Source of the DNA: Candidatus Moraniibacteriota bacterium
GTDB taxonomy: Bacteria; Patescibacteriota; Minisyncoccia; Moranbacterales; GWC2-37-73
Assembly (NCBI GenBank): GCA_035390125.1
Contig: DAOOTD010000002.1
Coordinates: 233,908-297,907 of the forward strand
Length of the DNA stretch: 64,000 nt
Reading direction: 5' to 3'
In this document: one piece after another, positions 31,403 through 39,864 of the stretch
Position numbering within the stretch: position 1 is the first letter of the stretch
How the letters are laid out: the number at the start of each line of letters is the position of its first letter
Translations under genes and position numbers: made by a program
Notes under the pieces: model-generated
Told to the model about the DNA's origin: nothing
Database searches by the model: none
What the model saw: only the letters and a program-made list of their open reading frames with translations

Positions 31403-31672
31403 TTATTTTTTTGCCACTTCCTTAGATTTTTTTAGCTTATAATTTCCCTGTCTTGGCCACAGTAATATAGCCAAGAGAGCAAAAATAAAGAACATTAGCC
31501 AGGCCACATATGGAGGGCTGCTTAATAGGTAACCCTGCCACTTTTCTTCCATGTAAGTGTAGCATATGGCTTTAAATCCAAAGTACATAAGATACAAAGA
31601 AAATAATCCAAAGGCTACTGAGAATGCCCATTTAAAATCTCTAAAGTCTTTTTTATTCATAATTTCCTCCAT
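31403..31672 (-). CDS. Hypothetical small 2-TM membrane protein
   Basis: ORF with two hydrophobic helices. It interrupts the usual map-infA continuation. Confidence 0.35.
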   Translation of the reverse strand: MEEIMNKKDFRDFKWAFSVAFGLFSLYLMYFGFKAICYTYMEEKWQGYLLSSPPYVAWLMFFIFALLAILLWPRQGNYKLKKSKEVAKK

Positions 31673-31726
31673 TTTTAAATAACAATTATTTTATTTTTTA
31701 CTAGCCTTCAATACTAGCATAAATTT

Positions 31727-32158
31727 ATGAAAATGTCAATAGCTGGTCAAAATGAGGCTCTGATAGGGCACATTTTGGGCATAGATTTCGGTAAATCAAA
31801 AATAGGATTGGCTATAGCCGATGAAGAAACGCGGATGGCTTTTGCTTTGGACACATTTCTAAATAACAAAAATTTTTTCGAAAAACTGGATGAAATTGTA
31901 AAAAAAGAAAATGTAAAAACTATAATCATAGGCATAACAACTCATAATAAAGACATTAAGAGTGCAGAAGAAAAATCTGATTTTGCTGAAATGATTAAAG
32001 AAAAAACTGGGCTGCCGGTAATGTTTCAGGAGGAAATGTTTACAACTAAAATAGCTCAGGATAACATAAAAAAACACGGAAAAAAGAATATAAGCCAGTC
32101 AGACGATAAAGAAGCGGCTAGAATTATTTTACAGGAATGGCTGGACCAGAATCTCTAG
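31727..32158 (+). CDS. ruvX: YqgF/RuvX-like putative pre-16S rRNA nuclease (Holliday junction resolvase-like)
   Basis: ILGIDFGKSKIGLAIAD RNase H-like N-terminus. Confidence 0.75.
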   Translation: MKMSIAGQNEALIGHILGIDFGKSKIGLAIADEETRMAFALDTFLNNKNFFEKLDEIVKKENVKTIIIGITTHNKDIKSAEEKSDFAEMIKEKTGLPVMFQEEMFTTKIAQDNIKKHGKKNISQSDDKEAARIILQEWLDQNL

Positions 32159-32173
32159 AATCTCAAAATTTAA

Positions 32174-32192
32174 AACTTTCATTGAAAGTTTA
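32174..32192. promoter_or_regulatory. Perfect 9-1-9 inverted repeat AAACTTTCA-t-TGAAAGTTT upstream of a TGcTATAAT -10
   Basis: Read directly. The TATAAT is at 32214-32219. Confidence 0.3.
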
Positions 32193-32262
32193 AAGTTTTG
32201 GGATTTTATGCTATAATAAAGATAAGTTTAGTGTATTAAATAACAAAATAACTAAAAAAATA

Positions 32263-33033
32263 ATGAACGAAAACCAACCCTATTTATCAATAGTTATACC
32301 GGCCTACAAAGAGGGGGAGCGCATCGGTCAAAATCTTCTGGAAATAGAAAAGTTTCTATCAGTCAACAACTACAGTTATGAAATTATTGTAGTTGTGGAT
32401 GGATCTCCTGATAATACCGCTGAAATAGTCAGAAATTATTCTAATCAGATAAAAAACATCCGGCTGATCAATAATAAAGAAAATCATGGCAAAGGCTATG
32501 TGGTTAGGCAGGGTCTTCTTGAATCGAAAGGTAAATATGTGGTTTTTCTCGATGCAGATGGATCGACATCAATAACTCATGTAGAAAAATTTTTGCCCGA
32601 ACTAGAAAAAGGAGCAGATGTTGTTATTGGATCCCGGAAAATAAAAGGTTCCTTTATACAGGTTCACCAGCCCAAGTATAGGGAAATTATGGGAGAAGGA
32701 GGTAATTGGCTTATACGCATAGTCCTTGGACTTTGGAGTTTTCCAGACACACAGTGTGGGTTTAAAATGTTAACCAATAAGGCAGCACATGAAGTTTCTA
32801 AGCGTATGGTTGTTGATAGGTTTGGATTTGATTTTGAATTAATAATATTAGCCAAAAAACTTGGATTTAAAATAAAGCAAATGCCGGTACGTTGGCTGAA
32901 TGAAGAAGGTTCAACAGTAAGCCTAACCGGACCAAATGGTTTTATACAAGTATTAATTGATTTATTTAAGACAAAAGGAAGATTAATTGCTGGAAACTAT
33001 AAAATTAAGAAAATTAAACCATCAAATAAATAA
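32263..33033 (+). CDS. GT2 glycosyltransferase, polyprenol-phosphate sugar synthase-like (DPM1/GtrB-like)
   Basis: LSIVIPAYKEGERIGQNL, VVVDDGSPDNTAEIV, FLDADG. Confidence 0.8.
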   Translation: MNENQPYLSIVIPAYKEGERIGQNLLEIEKFLSVNNYSYEIIVVVDGSPDNTAEIVRNYSNQIKNIRLINNKENHGKGYVVRQGLLESKGKYVVFLDADGSTSITHVEKFLPELEKGADVVIGSRKIKGSFIQVHQPKYREIMGEGGNWLIRIVLGLWSFPDTQCGFKMLTNKAAHEVSKRMVVDRFGFDFELIILAKKLGFKIKQMPVRWLNEEGSTVSLTGPNGFIQVLIDLFKTKGRLIAGNYKIKKIKPSNK

Positions 33034-33082
33034 TTCAGATTTTTTAATATTGATCTGATTTAATAAGGATAAAAAACAAAAA

Positions 33083-34105
33083 GTGCCTAAAACAAAGATA
33101 AAAAAGAAAAATATTGCGGCATCTGAACTCAGACAGGATCTGGTTTCTGGCGATTGGGTTGTTATTGCGACAGGACGGGCTAAACGTCCGGACGATTTTG
33201 CTATTTTTCAAAGGATTCAAGATGATAAAGGTATAGAAAAATGTCTCTTTGAAGATCCAGTAGCCTCTGGGCAAGAAAAAGATGTGCTTATATATAAAAA
33301 GTCTGATGACGAATGGACACTCAGAGTTTTTCCCAACAAATATCCATCTTTTTGCAGTGTTAGTTTAGTAAAATCATTGGCAGAAGGTCCATATTTTGCT
33401 ATGCCGGGAGCTGGCTATCACGAAATAATAGTTACTAGAGACCATTACAGACAGCTGGCTCTTATGAATACCATTGAAGTTGCAGAAGTATTCGATGCTT
33501 ATCAAGAAAGATTTATAGATCTGATGAATAAAAGGAATGTAAATTATATTGCAATTTTCCATAATCATGGAAAAGAGGCTGGCGCATCAATATCTCATCC
33601 GCACTCACAGCTTATGGCCATTCCGGTAGTGGCACCTTATATAAAGTTGGAATTAGATGGAGCCGAGCAATACTACAGGAGCAATAAACATTGCGTATAT
33701 TGCATAATGGCGGAATATGAAAGTATTGAAAAAAAACGGGTAGTTTTTGAAAACGAAGAATTCATTGCATTTTGTCCTTTTGCCTCAAGAGCCGCATTTG
33801 AAGTTTGGGTTATGCCGAAAAAACACAGCCCATATTTTGAAAGGATTACCGATGATCAGAAAATAAAATTAGCGGAGGTTTTTCAAAAAGGATTGGGATC
33901 AATTTATAAAGCTCTTAATGATCCACCATATAATTTTTATATCCATACTTCGCCATGCGACGGAAGAGACTATGCTCATTTTCACTGGCATATTGAAATT
34001 TTGCCGCATACCGCAACTTGGGCGGGATTTGAATTGGAAACCGGCATTGAAGTTTCTACGATTCAACCGGAAATAGCGGCGGAATTTCTCAGAAAACAAC
34101 TTTAA
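33083..34105 (+). CDS. GalT-family (HIT superfamily) hexose-1-phosphate nucleotidyltransferase
   Basis: HPHSQ histidine triad variant and a CVYC Zn site. Confidence 0.65.
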   Translation: MPKTKIKKKNIAASELRQDLVSGDWVVIATGRAKRPDDFAIFQRIQDDKGIEKCLFEDPVASGQEKDVLIYKKSDDEWTLRVFPNKYPSFCSVSLVKSLAEGPYFAMPGAGYHEIIVTRDHYRQLALMNTIEVAEVFDAYQERFIDLMNKRNVNYIAIFHNHGKEAGASISHPHSQLMAIPVVAPYIKLELDGAEQYYRSNKHCVYCIMAEYESIEKKRVVFENEEFIAFCPFASRAAFEVWVMPKKHSPYFERITDDQKIKLAEVFQKGLGSIYKALNDPPYNFYIHTSPCDGRDYAHFHWHIEILPHTATWAGFELETGIEVSTIQPEIAAEFLRKQL

Positions 34106-34115
34106 AATATATTTC

Positions 34116-34595
34116 ATGCATGATTTTATAATAAATTTTTTTTCCAATTTTCCCAAAGAACTCGCAACTTTTATAATTGCCCTTATTCCTATAACTGAAC
34201 TGCGTGCCTCAATCCCATTGGCAGTGAAAATTTATAACCTAACGCCGGCAGCTGCCTGGTTCTATTCCGTAGCTGGAACATATTTTGCCATGGTGATCAT
34301 AGTTTTATTGTTGGATCCAATATCTAAGTTGCTTTCCAGATATATATCCTTTTTTGCCAAATTTTTCAAATGGCTTTTTGAACACACGCGCAAAAGAACG
34401 GGCAGCAAAATGGAAAAATACGGAGAATGGGCAATTTTTATTTTGGCAGCGACACCGATTCCGTTTCTGGGCGGAATGACAGCAGCCCTGGCTTCTTTTG
34501 TGTTTGGCATTGTGCTTAAAAAATCACTGCCTCTTATGCTTTTCGGAACAATGGTTTCGGGGATAATAGTTCTAGGCTTGACTGTGTATTTTTAA
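34116..34595 (+). CDS. Small membrane protein, possibly COG2426 / small multidrug export-like family
   Basis: 4 TM helices; ITELRASIPLAV motif. Confidence 0.35.
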   Translation: MHDFIINFFSNFPKELATFIIALIPITELRASIPLAVKIYNLTPAAAWFYSVAGTYFAMVIIVLLLDPISKLLSRYISFFAKFFKWLFEHTRKRTGSKMEKYGEWAIFILAATPIPFLGGMTAALASFVFGIVLKKSLPLMLFGTMVSGIIVLGLTVYF

Positions 34596-34610
34596 TAAAA
34601 ATAAAAATTT

Positions 34611-35384
34611 ATGAAAAAGATAATAGTTGGAAACCTGAAAATGAACCTACTGAGCTCTGCTGAACGCAAAAAATATTTTGAATTGTTTAAAAAAGAATTA
34701 AAAAAAAGGAAAATAACAAATGCCGAGTTTGTTTTATGCCCCCCATATGTCCATGTCGAATCTTTTGTTAAAGAGTTGAAAGCAAAAAATATTTCAATCG
34801 GATCTCAAAATATTTTTTGGGAAGAGAAAGGTCCATATACGGGAGAAATTTCTGTGCCGATGATAAAGAATATGGGAGGGGAATATGTAATTCTTGGGCA
34901 TAGTGATCGGAGAAAATATTTTTTTGAAAATGATGATAAGATAAATTTAAAAATTCATGCTGTTCTGAAGAATGGATTGAAAGTTATTCTTTGTGTTGGT
35001 GAAAATGCCGAGGAAAAGAAAAATGGAAGTGGAGAGGCGGTAATTTTTGAACAATTAAAAAATTGCTTAAACAACATAAATACTAAAAAAATAGCTGATG
35101 TCATAATTTGCTATGAACCGGTCTGGGCCATAAGTTCAAATAATCCCAATCGTTTGCCAGTAATTGATGAAATAATGAGTGCAAAAATATTGATAAAAAA
35201 ATTTTTAATTAGAAAATATAAATTAAAAGTTGCCGAAAAAGTAAAAATTATTTATGGCGGTTCGGTTTTTCCTGAAAATATAAAAGAAACATGCATAGAG
35301 CCGGGCATGGACGGAGTTTTAGTCGGAAAAGAAAGCCTTAATCCTTTGAATTTCATTAAAATGGCTGAAACAATTGATAAATAA
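34611..35384 (+). CDS. tpiA: Triosephosphate isomerase
   Basis: VGNLKMN, GHSDRR, CVGE, EPVWAI motifs. Confidence 0.9.
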   Translation: MKKIIVGNLKMNLLSSAERKKYFELFKKELKKRKITNAEFVLCPPYVHVESFVKELKAKNISIGSQNIFWEEKGPYTGEISVPMIKNMGGEYVILGHSDRRKYFFENDDKINLKIHAVLKNGLKVILCVGENAEEKKNGSGEAVIFEQLKNCLNNINTKKIADVIICYEPVWAISSNNPNRLPVIDEIMSAKILIKKFLIRKYKLKVAEKVKIIYGGSVFPENIKETCIEPGMDGVLVGKESLNPLNFIKMAETIDK

Positions 35385-35399
35385 ATAATACAAAAACAT

Positions 35400-36305
35400 A
35401 TGATTACATCTGTTAAAGAAATTTTAAACAAAGCTCAAAAAGGCGGATATGCAGTCGGAGCATTTAATACGACAAACCTGGAAACTACAAGAGCTATTAT
35501 TGATGCTGCCAAAGAAATGAATAGTCCGGTTATTATTCAAGTGACTGAGAAAACATTGGAATATGCAGGTGGTCGTGCCATATTTCAGTTAATAAAAAAT
35601 TGTGCAGAATTTTATGCCCCTGATATTCCAATTGGTATCCATCTCGATCATGGTAGAAATTTAGAAATAATTGAACGTTGTGTTGATGTGATAGGCTTTA
35701 ATTCGGTAATGTATGATGGTTCGAGGAAAGCCTATGAAGATAATGTGCTTGCAACAAGAAAAGTTGTTGAATTGTATCATAAAAAAAATGTATGTGTTCA
35801 AGGAGAATTAGGGAGTGTTCCTTATATTGGTGAAACTTCAATGGCTGGTGAAATTGATTGGGATAAATATATGACTGATCCCGATCAGGCTGCAGACTAT
35901 TATTGCCGTACAGGCATAGACGCTTTAGCTGTGGCTATCGGTAATGCGCACGGATTCTTTAAAGAACGCAAGGAACCGGATTATGAACGACTTGAAGCTA
36001 TTCATAAAAAAATTCCCATACCGCTTATTTTACATGGGGCGTCCGATTGGGAAAACGGTAAAGTAAAGGAAGTAATTGCACGCGGTGTATGTTGTTTCAA
36101 CGTAGATACAGCCATAAGGTTGTCTTTTATAAATAGTATTGTTAAAATGGCGCGCCAGCAGAATGATATATCTTTTGATATAAGGAAAGTTTTGGGTGAT
36201 GCTCAAGAAGCTGTAAAAAATGCAGTCAAAGAAAGGATCCGCTATTATGGCAGTGAAGGAAAAGCTCCGGGAAAAGAAAAAATTGAATGTGTTGATCATT
36301 CATAA
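35400..36305 (+). CDS. fba: Class II fructose-bisphosphate aldolase
   Basis: GGYAVGAFN, HLDHG. Confidence 0.85.
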   Translation: MITSVKEILNKAQKGGYAVGAFNTTNLETTRAIIDAAKEMNSPVIIQVTEKTLEYAGGRAIFQLIKNCAEFYAPDIPIGIHLDHGRNLEIIERCVDVIGFNSVMYDGSRKAYEDNVLATRKVVELYHKKNVCVQGELGSVPYIGETSMAGEIDWDKYMTDPDQAADYYCRTGIDALAVAIGNAHGFFKERKEPDYERLEAIHKKIPIPLILHGASDWENGKVKEVIARGVCCFNVDTAIRLSFINSIVKMARQQNDISFDIRKVLGDAQEAVKNAVKERIRYYGSEGKAPGKEKIECVDHS

Positions 36306-36349
36306 AAATAAGTCCGGAAAAATAATGCATACAGCAATACCTGAAAAAT

Positions 36350-37117
36350 ATGAAAAAACAAAAAGTAGCCATTGTGAGCCTGTCATCTTGTAAGGGATGT
36401 CAATTTGCTTTGCTTAATTTGGGAAAAAAATTTATTGATATCATGAAGAATGTTGAAATTGTTGATTTTGATTTGTTTAAAATTAATAGTAACTCAGAAT
36501 TAATATTGGATATAGGTTTTGTTGAAGGTAACCCAATAACGGAAGAAGATAAAAAAACACTAATATCTCTCAGGGAAAAAAGCAAAAAATTAGTTGTTTT
36601 AGGAAATTGCGGAGCAATGGGAGGAATTCCAGAAATAAAAAATTATCGTGAACAAAAACAATCAGCCAAACACTTTTATAGATATATACACGGCATAAAA
36701 GATGAGCCAATTAAAGAAATTGATAATTTTGTAAAAGTTGATTTTACTTTCCCTGGTTGTCCGATTAGCGGAGAAGAATTTCTAGAATATTTTCCAATTA
36801 TTTTAGAAAGTGCAATTTCTAGCAAAGATTTTCCAAAAATTCCGGATAAATCGGTTTGCATACAATGCAGAGCAAAAGGAAACAGGTGTTTGCTTTTAGA
36901 TAAAAAACCGTGTTTTGGTTCAATGATTTTGGGCGGTTGTGATGCTGTGTGTCCTAGCTATAATATGCCATGCCAAGGTTGTCGGGGATTGCGTCCTTCA
37001 ACTAACATAAAAGAGGTGCGTGAATCTTTAAGAAACATAATAAATGATGAAGAATTCGAAAATATATCTGAGATATATGGTTTAAGGGATGATATAGAAG
37101 CAAAGGAAAAAAAATAA
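36350..37117 (+). CDS. [NiFe]-hydrogenase small subunit (group 3-like) with extra C-terminal Fe-S cysteine clusters
   Basis: CKGCQ proximal-cluster motif, GNCGAMGG, FPGCPISGEEF, and a C-terminal CIQC...CxxC...CPSYNMPCQGC region. Confidence 0.7.
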   Translation: MKKQKVAIVSLSSCKGCQFALLNLGKKFIDIMKNVEIVDFDLFKINSNSELILDIGFVEGNPITEEDKKTLISLREKSKKLVVLGNCGAMGGIPEIKNYREQKQSAKHFYRYIHGIKDEPIKEIDNFVKVDFTFPGCPISGEEFLEYFPIILESAISSKDFPKIPDKSVCIQCRAKGNRCLLLDKKPCFGSMILGGCDAVCPSYNMPCQGCRGLRPSTNIKEVRESLRNIINDEEFENISEIYGLRDDIEAKEKK

Positions 37118-37121
37118 AAAT

Positions 37122-38384
37122 ATGTCTCTAAACATAAATTACATCGCGAATATCGAAAGTCAAACCGATATTATATCGGAAATTATTAAAGGTAATCTGA
37201 GGAGCCATAAATTGCGATTATTGAGGGATTCTCGTATTATCGAAAATGTCATAATAGGCCGGTACTACAAAGAAATGCCTACTATTGTCCAAAGAATTTG
37301 CGGAAATTGCTCAGTTTCTCATAATATGGCATCCATTAAGGCTATTGAAAAAGCCATGAAAATTGAGGTTAGTGAAGAAACAATAAAGTTTAGAAAAATT
37401 ATAGAATGTGCCCAATTTATTTATTCTCATTCTTTCAATCTTTTTATTCTGTCGGTAGTTCATTCTATGAATATTGAAAATGAATTACAATCAGCTGATG
37501 AATACAGTGAAGAAACAAAAAAAATTCAAAAAATAAGAGAATATGGAATTGAGATCATAAATTTAATAGGTGGAAGAACAATACACCCACTGACAAATGA
37601 AGTTGGGGGGTTTAAAAAAGTTCCAACAAAAAATGAAATAAAAAATCTTATATCAAAAGGAGAAGAAATACTGCCGGCAATGATAGAAATAGCTGATTTT
37701 TTTAAAAATATAAAATTGCCTAATTTTAGTCGGCCAACAGAATACATTTGTCTTAAAAGTAATGGAGAATACGCTATGTATGATGGAGACGTTGTTTCTA
37801 ATAAGGGATTATATGTAAGCAAAAATGATATTGAAAACAATTTTTATGCTTTTCACCGTCCAAAGGAAATTATTAAAAGAATCAATCCGGACAGCAAAAC
37901 GAGTTATATGGTCGGGGCTATTGCCAGGGTCAATAATAATTATGATAAGCTTTCAAATAATGCAAAAAGATATTTAGAATCATTGAATTTTAACAAAATG
38001 GACTATAATCCATTTCATAATATTTTATACAAAGCAGCTGAAATCATACATTGCATTGAGGAATCAACAAAATTATTAAGAGAAATTGCTAATGTAGACT
38101 TTACAGGTGCACTAACTAAAGAATACACTGTCCAAGAAGGTAGAGCAGCGGCAGCTATTGAAGATCCGCGAGGAACATTGTATTATTGGGTTGATATAGA
38201 TGCTAAGGGTTATATAAAAAATATTAATATTATTACGCCAACGGCGCAGTTCTTGTCTAATCTTGAAGATGATATTTCGGTTTTTATTCCTGGGATAAAA
38301 AATGTTAGTGAAAAAGAAAAAGAAAAAAAGATTCGCGCATTTATTCGGGCATATGATCCTTGCATGGGTTGCATAACGCGTTAG
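37122..38384 (+). CDS. [NiFe]-hydrogenase large subunit
   Basis: N-terminal RICGNCSVSH (RxCGxCxxxH). The C-terminus is DPCMGCITR and ends without a cleavable extension. Confidence 0.8.
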   Translation: MSLNINYIANIESQTDIISEIIKGNLRSHKLRLLRDSRIIENVIIGRYYKEMPTIVQRICGNCSVSHNMASIKAIEKAMKIEVSEETIKFRKIIECAQFIYSHSFNLFILSVVHSMNIENELQSADEYSEETKKIQKIREYGIEIINLIGGRTIHPLTNEVGGFKKVPTKNEIKNLISKGEEILPAMIEIADFFKNIKLPNFSRPTEYICLKSNGEYAMYDGDVVSNKGLYVSKNDIENNFYAFHRPKEIIKRINPDSKTSYMVGAIARVNNNYDKLSNNAKRYLESLNFNKMDYNPFHNILYKAAEIIHCIEESTKLLREIANVDFTGALTKEYTVQEGRAAAAIEDPRGTLYYWVDIDAKGYIKNINIITPTAQFLSNLEDDISVFIPGIKNVSEKEKEKKIRAFIRAYDPCMGCITR

Positions 38385-38440
38385 ATATATAAGATTAAAA
38401 TAAGCTTAAAATTTAATATTTTAAAAAATAACTGAAAAAT

Positions 38441-39433
38441 ATGTTAAAAATAGCAATAAATGGTTTTGGACGAATAGGCCGTCCTTCATTCAAGATTGCC
38501 TTTGAAAAAGAAGATATGGAAGTAGTCGCAATTAATGATCTTACTGATATAGAAACAAGTGCTCATCTGCTTAAGTATGATTCTTCTTACGGAATATATG
38601 TTAGGAGAGTTTCTGCAGACAGAGAAAATAATGAAATAATAATAGATGGCAAACCCATTAAGTATTTTTCTGAAAAGGATCCAACCAATCTCCCGTGGGA
38701 TAAATTGGAAGTTGATGTGGTGCTTGAATGCACGGGAGTTTTTCTTGATCAAATCTCAGCGCAAAAGCACATTGATGCTGGTGCTAAAAAAGTTGTTATG
38801 TCAGCTCCGCCAAAAGACGAAACGCCAGTGTACCTATTGGGTGTAAACGAGAAGGAGTATAAAAATGAATCAATTATTTCTAACGGATCTTGTACTACCA
38901 ATTGCTTGGCGCCAATGATAAAAGTTCTTGATGATTTATGCGAAGTTGAACAAGGTTTTATGACAACTACCCATTCCTATACTAATGACCAGAACTTATT
39001 GGATCTGCCCCATAGAGATTTGAGACGCGCCAGAGCTGCAGCTATGAGTATTATCCCGACAACCACTGGAGCTGCTAAAACGGTCGGCAAGGTTCTGACT
39101 CACCTCAAAGGAAAGCTGGACGGCATTGCTTTAAGAGTCCCAACTCCTGTTGTTTCGATTGTTGATTTTATTTGTACAGTCAAAAATCCGAAAAATATAG
39201 AAGAAATTAATGAAGCTTTTGCTAATGCTTCCAAGGGAGAGTTAAAAGGTATTTTGGATGTCACAAAAGAAGAATTAGTTTCTATAGATTATAAAATGAA
39301 TCCACATAGCGCTATTGTAGATTTGCCGCTGACTATGTCTCAGGGAAAAATGGTTAAAATAGTCGGGTGGTATGATAATGAATGGGGATATTCCAATAGG
39401 CTAGTAGAAACGGCTGAATATATTTCTAAATAA
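38441..39433 (+). CDS. gap: Glyceraldehyde-3-phosphate dehydrogenase
   Basis: INGFGRIGR; SCTTNCLAP active site. Confidence 0.95.
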   Translation: MLKIAINGFGRIGRPSFKIAFEKEDMEVVAINDLTDIETSAHLLKYDSSYGIYVRRVSADRENNEIIIDGKPIKYFSEKDPTNLPWDKLEVDVVLECTGVFLDQISAQKHIDAGAKKVVMSAPPKDETPVYLLGVNEKEYKNESIISNGSCTTNCLAPMIKVLDDLCEVEQGFMTTTHSYTNDQNLLDLPHRDLRRARAAAMSIIPTTTGAAKTVGKVLTHLKGKLDGIALRVPTPVVSIVDFICTVKNPKNIEEINEAFANASKGELKGILDVTKEELVSIDYKMNPHSAIVDLPLTMSQGKMVKIVGWYDNEWGYSNRLVETAEYISK

Positions 39434-39525
39434 TTTTTCCCTATATAAGCCTTTTTATAGAATAATGATTTGACAATCTATTTGTTTTTGCTATTTTTTA
39501 GTTAGAATAAAGTACTTAAAAATAA

Positions 39526-39652
39526 GCGGGGTGGGAATAATTGAAAAAACAAAAGCAGCAAAAAATGTTCTAAATCAATTAAAAGCTCTTTTGACAGGAA
39601 GAGCTGCGATTCAGTAACGGAGAAGCTAAGAAGTGTTTCCAGCCCGCTTTTT
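39526..39652 (+). ncRNA. Candidate structured RNA / elaborate terminator (unassigned)
   Basis: GCGGGGTGGG at the 5' end pairs with CCAGCCCGC at the 3' end, followed by TTTTT. An internal perfect hairpin AGCUCUU-uugacagg-AAGAGCU is present. No ORF. Confidence 0.2.
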
Positions 39653-39781
39653 AAAAATTTTAAGGAGGGATAAGTTAATCATTAATATGATTATATTTCC
39701 CTCCCGATTTACTCCAATAATCAAGTGCTTCAATGTAGGCGCTTTTTATATTTTGACCTCCTTTTTGTAAATTAAAAAACA

Positions 39782-39790
39782 TGGTACAAT
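39782..39790 (+). promoter_or_regulatory. Extended -10 TGgTACAAT upstream of smc
   Basis: Read directly. Confidence 0.3.
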
Positions 39791-39864
39791 ATAATAAATT
39801 ATAATTAACTGTTTTAGAAAGATGCTATAAAAATGGCTCTTTGGTTTTGTGCTTTAATTTTTTT

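Noticed and set aside
39686-39769. 27-aa ORF (MIIFPSRFTPIIKCFNVGAFYILTSFL) downstream of an AAGGAGGG.
   Set aside because: SD-to-ATG spacing is 17 nt and there is no conservation evidence. It is more likely part of a structured non-coding leader.
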